DNA from: a virus
Taxonomy: Duplodnaviria > Caudoviricetes
DNA: 54,595 bases
Reading direction: 5' to 3' (one strand)
IMG/VR virus record: IMGVR_UViG_3300027872_000007
Location: 1 to 54,595 of that record
In this document: positions 39,301-46,876 of the stretch, piece by piece
How positions within the stretch are numbered: the first letter of the stretch is position 1
Layout: each line of letters begins with the position of its first letter
Notes under the pieces: generated by a model
Databases searched by the model: none
Told to the model about the DNA's origin: nothing
Seen by the model: only the letters and a program-made list of their open reading frames with translations
Program-made: the position numbers and the translations under genes

Positions 39301-39710
39301 GATTTTCTCCCCTCCCTGTCCTCGTCTGTGTCCAGTAGCTTTAGATAGGCGCGTGAGTAATCGCCTTTCATATGCCCTTCATGGATGGCGCTCGACTCCC
39401 TGCCCTCTTTGGCCTGCAACAGACGAAGCTCAAATATAAAGTCTCGCCATCTTTCGTGTTCTGGTCCCATAATCGGCTTTGATTTTCTGAAATTCTCAGG
39501 GCGCAGGAACTCCAACACCACATAGTCGTCGTTAGCATCGTTCTCTGGATCGAAATCCAGCGTAACTGACATATCGCCTCTTGGAGAAATCCAAACACCA
39601 TCTGAACCAAACAGTCCAGCAGGTACGCCTCGTAGCGTCATAGCATCTGGATCGTCTACAAATTCATAGCCTACCGCTTCAGCTAATCGCCTTATGTCCC
39701 TATCGTTCAT
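39297..39710 (-). CDS. Hypothetical protein
   Basis: Start MNDRDIRRLAEAVG at an ATGA overlap. Confidence 0.55.
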   Translation of the reverse strand: MNDRDIRRLAEAVGYEFVDDPDAMTLRGVPAGLFGSDGVWISPRGDMSVTLDFDPENDANDDYVVLEFLRPENFRKSKPIMGPEHERWRDFIFELRLLQAKEGRESSAIHEGHMKGDYSRAYLKLLDTDEDREGRKS

Positions 39711-39946
39711 AGTGTGGTGTCCTTGACCTCCACTCGAATGGTCTGGCCGTCGATCATCAGCAAGTCCAGCAGGTAATCGATCGAGCAACGGTCTTTGCCA
39801 TTGACGATCTCGTTGATCGTGGACTGCGGCACTCCCCACTGCCTGGCTGCTTCCGATTGGCTGGCATGCAGCTCAATCCGGCCACGTACCGCGGTAAGCA
39901 GGCTCTCTTTCATTTCCTCCGGTGTCGATGCAACGAAGTGAATCAT
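39707..39946 (-). CDS. XRE-family HTH protein
   Basis: SQSEAARQWGVPQSTINEIVNGK..SIDYL. Confidence 0.75.
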   Translation of the reverse strand: MIHFVASTPEEMKESLLTAVRGRIELHASQSEAARQWGVPQSTINEIVNGKDRCSIDYLLDLLMIDGQTIRVEVKDTTL

Positions 39947-40251
39947 TTCTGCTCCTGTTGTCGTGCATCAGTGGATTTTTGTCGTGTTTGCCATTCCAAG
40001 TCGCCAAATAGCTCATCCATTTCGATTTCTCTCACGCCGTCTCGCTCTCCGATTGGCGTGAATCTATAAACCGAATAGTGTGCTGGAACATATCGGCGCG
40101 GATTAAAACCAGACACCCAGCATGTATGCCCAGCGACCTTGAACACAACCAGCCCGGCTTTGTCGCTGATAGCAGCTAGTGTCGTCTTTCCGGTATCGAC
40201 GCCAACCCTTTCAACGCGACCATCTGCATATATTAGGGCTCGAAATCTCAT
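39943..40251 (-). CDS. Hypothetical protein
   Basis: Coupled ORF within the operon. Confidence 0.55.
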   Translation of the reverse strand: MRFRALIYADGRVERVGVDTGKTTLAAISDKAGLVVFKVAGHTCWVSGFNPRRYVPAHYSVYRFTPIGERDGVREIEMDELFGDLEWQTRQKSTDARQQEQK

Positions 40252-40345
40252 GACTGCCCCTACCCGTAGTGGTCAGCGTCCAATAGCAGCATGACTAGCA
40301 TCCCGCACCCAAAACCAAGCATAAATAATTGAAGCCCCATCTCCA

Positions 40346-40525
40346 TCACTGATTTGCTGGATCCGATGCCCAGGCCGGATACTCTGTCTTCACTGGCTGC
40401 TCGATCGCTACGGTGCCATTGCAATACGGATACATCGTGCAGCCCCAGAACTCCTCTCCGGTCGCTTTGTTCTTGCGAACTACCATCTCGTCGCCGCACT
40501 CAGGGCATTCGGGTTCACTGTCCAT
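40346..40525 (-). CDS. Topoisomerase-type C4 zinc-ribbon protein
   Basis: CPECGDEMVVRKNKATGEEFWGCTMYPYC. Confidence 0.8.
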   Translation of the reverse strand: MDSEPECPECGDEMVVRKNKATGEEFWGCTMYPYCNGTVAIEQPVKTEYPAWASDPANQ

Positions 40526-40823
40526 CTTCGATACGATCCAGCCGTTCAATCTCAGCAACGATCAGCGCCCCGGCCTTTACGAGATTTCGTCGATCCGTTG
40601 TCGGCTTCCACCATCCACGCGCCCACGGCCATGACAGTGGAATACCAGTTGCTACATGGTGAATAGATGCCTTCGCAGAACGTAGCGCATAGCACCCACT
40701 AGCCAATGCAAGTTCGCCGCCCTCGTGTTTGTCGTCATGGTTAAGCGTCCAACCTTCCTCCTCGACTTGCCGGTAACGCTCGCGCCCAATCTCATCGAGT
40801 ACCGATTCAGTTTGCTTGTTCAC
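40515..40823 (-). CDS. Conserved phage protein
   Basis: ER.RQ..EEGWT..HDD.H..GELA..WPW..WWKP..RRNLVKAGALIVAEIERLDR. Confidence 0.75.
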   Translation of the reverse strand: MNKQTESVLDEIGRERYRQVEEEGWTLNHDDKHEGGELALASGCYALRSAKASIHHVATGIPLSWPWARGWWKPTTDRRNLVKAGALIVAEIERLDRIEDGQ

Positions 40824-40824
40824 T

Positions 40825-41115
40825 TCAGTCTCCTCCGATAAACATGCCGGCGTTGCAAGCCATCATGCACGAGTGGCAAAGCACGATGTCCTTGGTATCG
40901 ACCTCTTTCGCGATCACCGGATCTGGCCCAAGGATTTGAGCAAGCGGCGCTGCTTCGCCCATGCTCATTTCCAGGCCATGCTGTCTTTGGATTGCTTTAG
41001 CATCGAGGCCCATCGTGTCCATGCGAAACACATAGAAGATCGGAATGTTCTCGTGCGCGACACCCTTATCACAGGCGCTGCACTTCTTCAGATCGCGTTG
41101 CTTCATATCAGGCAT
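40825..41115 (-). CDS. Zn-finger hypothetical protein
   Basis: CSAC..LCHSC. Confidence 0.6.
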   Translation of the reverse strand: MPDMKQRDLKKCSACDKGVAHENIPIFYVFRMDTMGLDAKAIQRQHGLEMSMGEAAPLAQILGPDPVIAKEVDTKDIVLCHSCMMACNAGMFIGGD

Positions 41116-41807
41116 CAGATGTCATCCTGATCGAGCCACCAGGCGATGAAGAACGTCACGGCTTTTTCCATGCGAACTGGATCCAGTATCCGGCCACACA
41201 CGATCGGATCAGACCTATTGAGCCGGCGTCCCATTGCAGTGCCAACCTGGTCGAACAGCTTTCGATCTAGCGCCAGTTGCGTCTCCTTAATGACGTATGG
41301 CTTGATGATGTTGACCGGGAATGTGATCTCCTCGTCAAATGATGTGGGCCAATAAGTGTCCTGTTCCTCTCCATTGCTTTTTATTTTTGTGCCGTAACCA
41401 CCGCTTACTGGAACAGGATCAACATACCTTCCTTTGCCTGCTGGAAGGACCTGGCCGGTTTGTTCAAATGCCTCCCACTTGTAAGTGCTGATCGTTTTTC
41501 TCGGCTTACGTTGGCCGGTGCGTACTGCGAATAAGTCAAGATCGAAGTTTGGCACGATCATGTAACCCAGTTTGATCGCCCTACCAATCTTCAGGTAATA
41601 CTCGATGCGCCGTTCGCATCGACGCACATGCGCCTTGAACGGCTTCGAGTTGAAGTGCCCTCTCCGTGCTTGATTATAGTTTGCGTCGGCCTCACGCTTT
41701 TGCATGAGCAGGCGCCTGATGTTCTCTGCGCACCACGATCTAACTGTCTTCTGTGCAACAGCCAGCTCGCTCGGTGTGTACGCGACTACTTGGGTAGTGG
41801 TCATCAT
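41115..41807 (-). CDS. Hypothetical protein (230 aa)
   Basis: AGGAGG SD, coupled; ends DPIVCGRI..VTFFIAWWLD. Confidence 0.7.
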   Translation of the reverse strand: MMTTTQVVAYTPSELAVAQKTVRSWCAENIRRLLMQKREADANYNQARRGHFNSKPFKAHVRRCERRIEYYLKIGRAIKLGYMIVPNFDLDLFAVRTGQRKPRKTISTYKWEAFEQTGQVLPAGKGRYVDPVPVSGGYGTKIKSNGEEQDTYWPTSFDEEITFPVNIIKPYVIKETQLALDRKLFDQVGTAMGRRLNRSDPIVCGRILDPVRMEKAVTFFIAWWLDQDDI

Positions 41808-42166
41808 GATCCTCCTGTTGGTGCATCTGAAATTGGCAGCCAGTGAGTGGGCTCAGGTAGGTCCTCGGCAAAGACTGAAGTTCTCCACGAGTGTTCGGCA
41901 AGCCAGGCAACACGGAAACAATCAACCAACTCCCTCACTTTCATGTTGCACGTCCAAACGATCGTGCCCTGCTCTGGTAGCTCATCTGCTACCGCGATCC
42001 ACTGACCACGAACGACCCAGGCATTTGCAAATGCCAGATGGAGCCTGTTTTCCAAGAATGGATGCCCTGCACTGTCGGGCTTTGTCAGTGTGTCCACATT
42101 TGCGCAGCCGATTCCCTCCAGCGACTTGATCCATTTGTTCCACGCTTTACTGTACGGTGTCTCCAT
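41804..42166 (-). CDS. DUF551-like protein
   Basis: WIAVADELPE...PTHWLPISDAP. Confidence 0.7.
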   Translation of the reverse strand: METPYSKAWNKWIKSLEGIGCANVDTLTKPDSAGHPFLENRLHLAFANAWVVRGQWIAVADELPEQGTIVWTCNMKVRELVDCFRVAWLAEHSWRTSVFAEDLPEPTHWLPISDAPTGGS

Positions 42167-42308
42167 CGTGCTTCTCCCTTCCTTCCCAGGTGAGCCAGAT
42201 CCAATAAATGCTCCCGCACCTGGGGCAACAATTGTGTTGTCGATATTCTCCTGGCCTATCGTACCATTGATATAGGCATCTCGTACACTGCATGAGGCCC
42301 GGTCTCAT
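42147..42308 (-). CDS. Small zinc-ribbon protein (53 aa, not in ORF track)
   Basis: MRPGLMQCTRCLYQW..CCPRCGSIYW. Confidence 0.5.
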   Translation of the reverse strand: MRPGLMQCTRCLYQWYDRPGEYRQHNCCPRCGSIYWIWLTWEGREKHDGDTVQ

Positions 42309-42373
42309 GAGGCCATGTTACTCCTGGGCGCTACTCCAGGATCTCCACCTCCTCGCGCTTCCATCTGACCTCA

Positions 42374-42574
42374 TCATATGGCTGGACCGATGTGTTCGAG
42401 TTTTTCGACCACTACAGGCGCAGCCCACATTTCATCTTTCTTGAATTGTTGGGTCGCTTTTTCGATGGCCACCACCGCATTTGGAGCAACAACATTGTAC
42501 AGTCGATGGACTCTATTCAACCGCGACACATTGCCGGCCTGAGTCAATGTCATGCTAAATACTCGTTTCATCAT
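42374..42574 (-). CDS. Hypothetical protein
   Basis: ATGA-coupled ORF. Confidence 0.55.
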   Translation of the reverse strand: MMKRVFSMTLTQAGNVSRLNRVHRLYNVVAPNAVVAIEKATQQFKKDEMWAAPVVVEKLEHIGPAI

Positions 42575-42801
42575 GCTTCCTCGATGTAGGTCACACGACG
42601 CAGGCCGATCTTGCGAAGAATCGCGTCACCTGGATTAACTCTGTCACCAACTCGCAACGAGTTCAGGTAGTGCGGATCCAGCCCCAAACGTATTGCCGCT
42701 TGCCGGCAATTGCCAAACTTTTTGACCAGGGCCTTTACCGTTCGGCGTATCAGGGCCTGTTCCACTTTCGTTGGTTGCTTAAAATTACTTGCGTATCTCA
42801 T
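42571..42801 (-). CDS. HTH DNA-binding protein
   Basis: GGGAG SD; NCRQAAIRLGLDPHYLNSLRVG..NPGDAILRKIGL. Confidence 0.7.
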   Translation of the reverse strand: MRYASNFKQPTKVEQALIRRTVKALVKKFGNCRQAAIRLGLDPHYLNSLRVGDRVNPGDAILRKIGLRRVTYIEEA

Positions 42802-42817
42802 GGTCGTTCTCCCTTTC

Positions 42818-43291
42818 TTAAACGCCTGGATTCCAATAAGTGTTGCGATTGTCTCCTGGCAATAGATCATCGACAGTCCATTCACTGTCGTCGAAGGTTT
42901 CGTCCTTGCTCAGTATCAAGCCGAACTCTCGCGCCAAATCCGCGAGCTTTTGCTGACCATAGAACTTTTCGTCATCAGGTCCGATGGTCAATCGTCTGGG
43001 TATGTTACCTACATCCAGGATAGCCTTGGTGGCGTCCTGAAGTGCCGCCTCGCAGATGTCTGCCGGCGTATTCGGCTCGATGATATTGCCGATACCGGGT
43101 TTAGCCGTCTTCATCTCCACACCAAATTCTGCTAGTTGGCCATCGATCTGCTTAGTGAACATATTCATCGCTCCAGCAAAAAACGATTTCCAAGCACAGT
43201 CGTTGATTTTTTCAGCTACACGCTTCAGGCGATTGAATCCGCCAACTACATTTTGTCGGGCAATTAAGACATCGACATCAAGTTTGCTCAC
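42818..43291 (-). CDS. Protein with an MCP-derived C-terminal half
   Basis: Probable GTG start (GTGA overlap). PADICEAALQDA ~ MCP AADLAEASLEQA; FDDSEWTV ~ LTDPDQWTL; YWNPGV ~ YGSPGGA. Confidence 0.6.
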   Translation of the reverse strand: MSKLDVDVLIARQNVVGGFNRLKRVAEKINDCAWKSFFAGAMNMFTKQIDGQLAEFGVEMKTAKPGIGNIIEPNTPADICEAALQDATKAILDVGNIPRRLTIGPDDEKFYGQQKLADLAREFGLILSKDETFDDSEWTVDDLLPGDNRNTYWNPGV

Positions 43292-43386
43292 AGCCTTTTC
43301 CTTGTGATCCACGCCATCACTGCATAGCCAACAATAATTCCCAGCAGCAACGCAATTATGCTCACGCACAAGGTCGGCATGATCAT
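43288..43386 (-). CDS. 32-aa transmembrane peptide (not in ORF track)
   Basis: MIMPTLCVSIIALLLGIIVGYAVMAWITRKRL; coupled at both ends. Confidence 0.55.
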   Translation of the reverse strand: MIMPTLCVSIIALLLGIIVGYAVMAWITRKRL

Positions 43387-43571
43387 GGCATCTTCCGATA
43401 GCAGTATCTGGCAATCTGATTGATGATGTTGTCACGACCGAGAAGTGTTGCTGGCCGATTCTTTGGCTTCGTTAGCTCGTAGATGTCATCGATGATCTTC
43501 CTGGTGGCTTTCAGCTCGACACGAAGCTCACCCTCGGACATCTTGTCCACGTTTTTAGTGAAAGTGATCAC
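43383..43571 (-). CDS. Hypothetical protein
   Basis: AAGGAGG SD and a GTGA overlap. Confidence 0.6.
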   Translation of the reverse strand: MITFTKNVDKMSEGELRVELKATRKIIDDIYELTKPKNRPATLLGRDNIINQIARYCYRKMP

Positions 43572-43846
43572 GGCGCCTCCTTGAGAATATCGAGATCCAT
43601 AACGTGAGTCAGCATCTCAATGTCTTCCTTGCGGCAATAGATGACCTGATTGCCCTTGTCAAGGTACAGCTTGCCCGGATCCAATATGCCAACAGTACGC
43701 CAAGCCCTCAAATGCAGGCGTCTTAGAAAATCGTACCATTTGGGTGTGATTCTTACTTTGGGCTTCACCGGCACCAATCTGTAACCGGCGAACATATTCT
43801 TCGTCATCGTCTCTGTCCCTTTAGCTCCAGTCCTATTCTCAATCAT
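43568..43846 (-). CDS. Hypothetical protein
   Basis: Coupled ORF; start could be 43807. Confidence 0.5.
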   Translation of the reverse strand: MIENRTGAKGTETMTKNMFAGYRLVPVKPKVRITPKWYDFLRRLHLRAWRTVGILDPGKLYLDKGNQVIYCRKEDIEMLTHVMDLDILKEAP

Positions 43847-44153
43847 CGATGTCGATCCACAACTCCTCCATATTGTCTGGCTCCAGCTCCTCGTACACGT
43901 CACCGAAGGCTTTGTTCAGGCCCTCCTTCAACGCCTTTGGGAACTCAGCCCTAAGCCCTGGATCATACGGAATGCTCGCACCCTCCGGCTTGGCCTGTAC
44001 CAGGCTGAAGCCTCCGGTCAGGTCATGGTGCGCGGCATCGTGTAGCAGAGTTGGATGCTTCATGCTTCTCAGCATCACGCCATCGTCGTTTTTCGGAACC
44101 ACCGCCATCGCAGCAGCGCCAATGAAAGCCTGAATGAATCCGCGTCTGTTCAT
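43839..44153 (-). CDS. Twin-arginine-signal protein made of permuted MCP fragments
   Basis: MNRRGFIQ; DGVMLRSMKHP; GGFSLVQAKPEGASIPYD; RAEFPKALKEGLNKAFGDVY. Confidence 0.75.
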   Translation of the reverse strand: MNRRGFIQAFIGAAAMAVVPKNDDGVMLRSMKHPTLLHDAAHHDLTGGFSLVQAKPEGASIPYDPGLRAEFPKALKEGLNKAFGDVYEELEPDNMEELWIDIDD

Positions 44154-44356
44154 GCCGGCGTTCCATACATGGCTCGGTAATCGATCCACTGAACGTCCAG
44201 GCTGGAATCCATGTTGACCTTAAACTTCATCGCAACGATGTTGGGATCAGCCAATGGACTGAGATCCAGCCTTGGCATCGCAGTCGCCATTCGCATGCCG
44301 ATCGCTACCGTTGCTACTGCGCCGACAAACGCCTTGAGAAATGCTCGTCTTTTCAT
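44150..44356 (-). CDS. Twin-arginine-signal peptide ending in an MCP C-terminus mimic
   Basis: MKRRAFLK..MKFKV..WIDYRAMYGTPA. Confidence 0.7.
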   Translation of the reverse strand: MKRRAFLKAFVGAVATVAIGMRMATAMPRLDLSPLADPNIVAMKFKVNMDSSLDVQWIDYRAMYGTPA

Positions 44357-44577
44357 AGACTCAAAAGCCAAAAACCAAATGCAGCAATGGGAGCCATAAT
44401 GAGAAGCGTTCCAACAAACTGGGCGCCCCAATCTGTTTCCATTGGAGGTGAAGCATATCGAGGCTCATGAACAACTGTGTCTCCATACACGCTACGCCAA
44501 TCACTCCAATGACTGACGAAGAAGACGGCGTTTAAGCCTTCTTGCAACTGTTTGCGCGAGAAGTTCTCTTTGCTCAT
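44353..44577 (-). CDS. Membrane-anchored fusion of the MCP N- and C-terminal peptides
   Basis: RKQLQEGLNAVF + WSDWRSVYG + C-terminal TM helix. Confidence 0.8.
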   Translation of the reverse strand: MSKENFSRKQLQEGLNAVFFVSHWSDWRSVYGDTVVHEPRYASPPMETDWGAQFVGTLLIMAPIAAFGFWLLSL

Positions 44578-44738
44578 TGCTTTCTTCTCATATCACCGCG
44601 GCCCAATGCCTCCGAGTTCTTCATCTGGAGTCTGTGGCTTTCCCGTTTCGCTTCATTGAACGTGCCGTGGAATTTCGATTCGCCGGTCTCCAGCTCCTCA
44701 ATGAGACGACCACGGCGCTCCCACTTCTGTTCAAGCAT
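44574..44738 (-). CDS. Small charged protein (54 aa, not in ORF track)
   Basis: MLEQKWERRGRLIEELETG...; AAGGAG upstream and an ATGA overlap downstream. Confidence 0.5.
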   Translation of the reverse strand: MLEQKWERRGRLIEELETGESKFHGTFNEAKRESHRLQMKNSEALGRGDMRRKQ

Positions 44739-45231
44739 GCTGGAACATGGCTCCTTTCGACATATAAATCACTGGCATAGCAATCGTATCGTCCATCTCC
44801 TGCATGCCCATTAAAGCACCATGCTCCATTTTATTGATCGACAAAGCCCCCTGACTAATGCTGATGATCTGCGCTGCTTCCAGCTCATCGAAGAACTCAT
44901 CGTTCATGCCGAACTCCTCGATTACTTGATGAGCGACATATCGAGCCCCACGCTCAACATTTCTGAATGCCTGCGTAGCTTTCCGAAGAAGGTCTTTGGG
45001 ATTGATAGGCGTCCATGGATCTGAGTCGAAAATGGCAGCTCTCTCGAAGATCTGAACGTTCCAGGGCTCAGCAGTATCGATGCCATAGTAGTATTTATCG
45101 GTAGCCATCTCGTAACGCCAGGTGCCATCAGCAAGCACCTCCGGAAACTTTGGAGCCATACGAGAGGCAATAGCAACCGTCGCCACGGCTGCCGCCAATC
45201 CATGAAAGAACGCTCTCCTGGTAAGTCGCAC
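44731..45231 (-). CDS. Twin-arginine-signal protein with MCP-like fragments
   Basis: GTG start with SD; LTRRAFFH; GTWRYEMATDKYYYG; ARYVAHQVIEEFGMNDE. Confidence 0.65.
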   Translation of the reverse strand: MRLTRRAFFHGLAAAVATVAIASRMAPKFPEVLADGTWRYEMATDKYYYGIDTAEPWNVQIFERAAIFDSDPWTPINPKDLLRKATQAFRNVERGARYVAHQVIEEFGMNDEFFDELEAAQIISISQGALSINKMEHGALMGMQEMDDTIAMPVIYMSKGAMFQHA

Positions 45232-45235
45232 TGTC

Positions 45236-45586
45236 CTACTCCTCTTTTTCCTCCACTTTAACGCCCTCGGCTCTTTGGATTGCCTTCTCAACGTCCGCAG
45301 GGCGCTCTTGCAGAATCTGAGCTGGCGTTCCACCTCCGGGCTGCCGAACCGTTTCGTAATCCGGTTTCGGTTTAGGCGCTTCGGTCTTTCGATCGCGACG
45401 ACGCTTGGCGGTTTCTTCCTGGCCGCGCTCTCGGTGTTCCTCGATGAGCTTTTTACGCTCAGCGTCTGATGCTTTGGTTTCCAGTTTTCGCTTGCGCGCC
45501 TTCTCGCGATCAGTATCTGGTGCCGGCGTACTCATTGGTGGGCCGAATGATCGTGGTCGTTCCTCTTTGTTCGCTCTACTGGCCAT
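45236..45586 (-). CDS. Charged low-complexity protein
   Basis: Operon-contiguous ORF. Confidence 0.6.
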   Translation of the reverse strand: MASRANKEERPRSFGPPMSTPAPDTDREKARKRKLETKASDAERKKLIEEHRERGQEETAKRRRDRKTEAPKPKPDYETVRQPGGGTPAQILQERPADVEKAIQRAEGVKVEEKEE

Positions 45587-45588
45587 TG

Positions 45589-45822
45589 CTAAATCCCCGC
45601 TTTTCGTTCCTGCTCGTCAAGATACTTCTGACGTTCAGTTACCGGCTTGGGTGCTTTGGTCTTCCGATCTTCCGGCTTCGTCGCTTCAGGCGCTTCTGGC
45701 TTTTCGTCGCCGTACTGTTCCTTGTACCGCTTGCGCCTGGCCTCACGCTTCTTGGCCACTTTACACGAGATAGAATCCGGATCTTCGCGACAAATCTCTT
45801 TTGCTGATCGGCTGGTCGGCAT
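45589..45822 (-). CDS. Charged small protein
   Basis: Operon-contiguous ORF. Confidence 0.55.
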   Translation of the reverse strand: MPTSRSAKEICREDPDSISCKVAKKREARRKRYKEQYGDEKPEAPEATKPEDRKTKAPKPVTERQKYLDEQERKAGI

Positions 45823-45825
45823 AAC

Positions 45826-46152
45826 TCACCCTTCGGTAGTCGATGGCGGCGACTCATCCTCGTCAGGATGCTCAACAGTGTACGTGAAAGGATCCAGCAT
45901 CGGTATCTTCTCCATGAAAATATCGTCCTCGCTGACATCCTCCCAATCTGCCTCCTGGCTCTCCATGATGATTTGGATCCGATGGTTCGACTGATCCTCA
46001 TCCGATTGCACGACCTTGACAATCTCGATGTCCTGCGGACAGTTGGTTGACACGTAGTCGTTTTCCTTCGCGGTAAGAATCGCTTTCAAAATATCGATAC
46101 TAAGTTCAACTCTAGCCAGCTTCGTCATCTGGATCTCCAGGATCTGGGTCAC
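45826..46152 (-). CDS. Acidic hypothetical protein
   Basis: Operon-contiguous ORF; start uncertain. Confidence 0.55.
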   Translation of the reverse strand: MTQILEIQMTKLARVELSIDILKAILTAKENDYVSTNCPQDIEIVKVVQSDEDQSNHRIQIIMESQEADWEDVSEDDIFMEKIPMLDPFTYTVEHPDEDESPPSTTEG

Positions 46153-46465
46153 GAGACTCTAATGCCATTAGCGTTACATCGGCAAGTTTCCCGAACTCAA
46201 AGTCGTTGCAGCAAATACTGGCCGCAACCATCGACGAGTGCGAACCTGTTGGATGAATCACAACCAAACACATTGCAGACACAGTACCTTTCTCGATTCC
46301 TTTCAGGGCGTTTTGCAGTTGCCGCATAGCATCACGTTTCGCCTGAACAGGAAAGTAGCCATCCACCTTGGGCTCTGGCTTGTTCTTGTCGAGTTCCCTC
46401 TCCATGCGCTTAATTTCCAGGCTCGCTACACCATCTTTATCAGGCAGTATGATTCTACTACGCAC
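46112..46465 (-). CDS. Hypothetical protein
   Basis: LQNALKGIEKGTVSAMCLVV, weakly similar to 36108-36371; start uncertain. Confidence 0.5.
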   Translation of the reverse strand: MRSRIILPDKDGVASLEIKRMERELDKNKPEPKVDGYFPVQAKRDAMRQLQNALKGIEKGTVSAMCLVVIHPTGSHSSMVAASICCNDFEFGKLADVTLMALESRDPDPGDPDDEAG

Positions 46466-46832
46466 TTTCTTTCGACTCCTCGGTTGGCTTATCCAGCCCA
46501 TGGACAATCGACGGTGGCGGCGTCGGCTTCGGAAGGCCAGCACGTTGCGCTGACTTCTCAGCGCGTCCTTGCTTCTCGGCTTCGCGATCCTCGGCAAACT
46601 TCACATCTCTAGTTGTGACCTTTCGCTCGATGGTTTCCGCGTCATAACCAATCGCATCGGCAAATTCTTTCATCGTCGATGCCTCAAATTCTGGTTTCAT
46701 CGCCATAACCTTTTCCATCATGGCGTTTCGCTGCTTACGTTCATCATCGTTGGCCGGCACCCCCCGATAGGTCATGCCGAACACAATGTTCACCGACAGT
46801 TCCACGTCGCCGCAATCGATTTTAAGTGACAT
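46458..46832 (-). CDS. Hypothetical protein
   Basis: GGGAGAG SD before MSLKIDCG. Confidence 0.6.
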   Translation of the reverse strand: MSLKIDCGDVELSVNIVFGMTYRGVPANDDERKQRNAMMEKVMAMKPEFEASTMKEFADAIGYDAETIERKVTTRDVKFAEDREAEKQGRAEKSAQRAGLPKPTPPPSIVHGLDKPTEESKESA

Positions 46833-46876
46833 GATCAGGCTCTCCCAGTAATTTGTAATCGCTGTCCCGAAGCATC

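Noticed and set aside
43292-43435. N-terminal extension of track ORF 42818-43435
   Set aside because: The region is better explained by a coupled 32-aa TM peptide and a GTG start at 43291.
44521-44546. 26-nt repeat shared with MCP as a DGR template/variable repeat, CRISPR unit or att site
   Set aside because: No reverse transcriptase, integrase or array in the window, and the flanking differences are synonymous.
42818-45231. Interpretation as a single decayed second MCP pseudogene
   Set aside because: The fragments are redundant and permuted, sit in separate intact ORFs with added signals, and show synonymous divergence.
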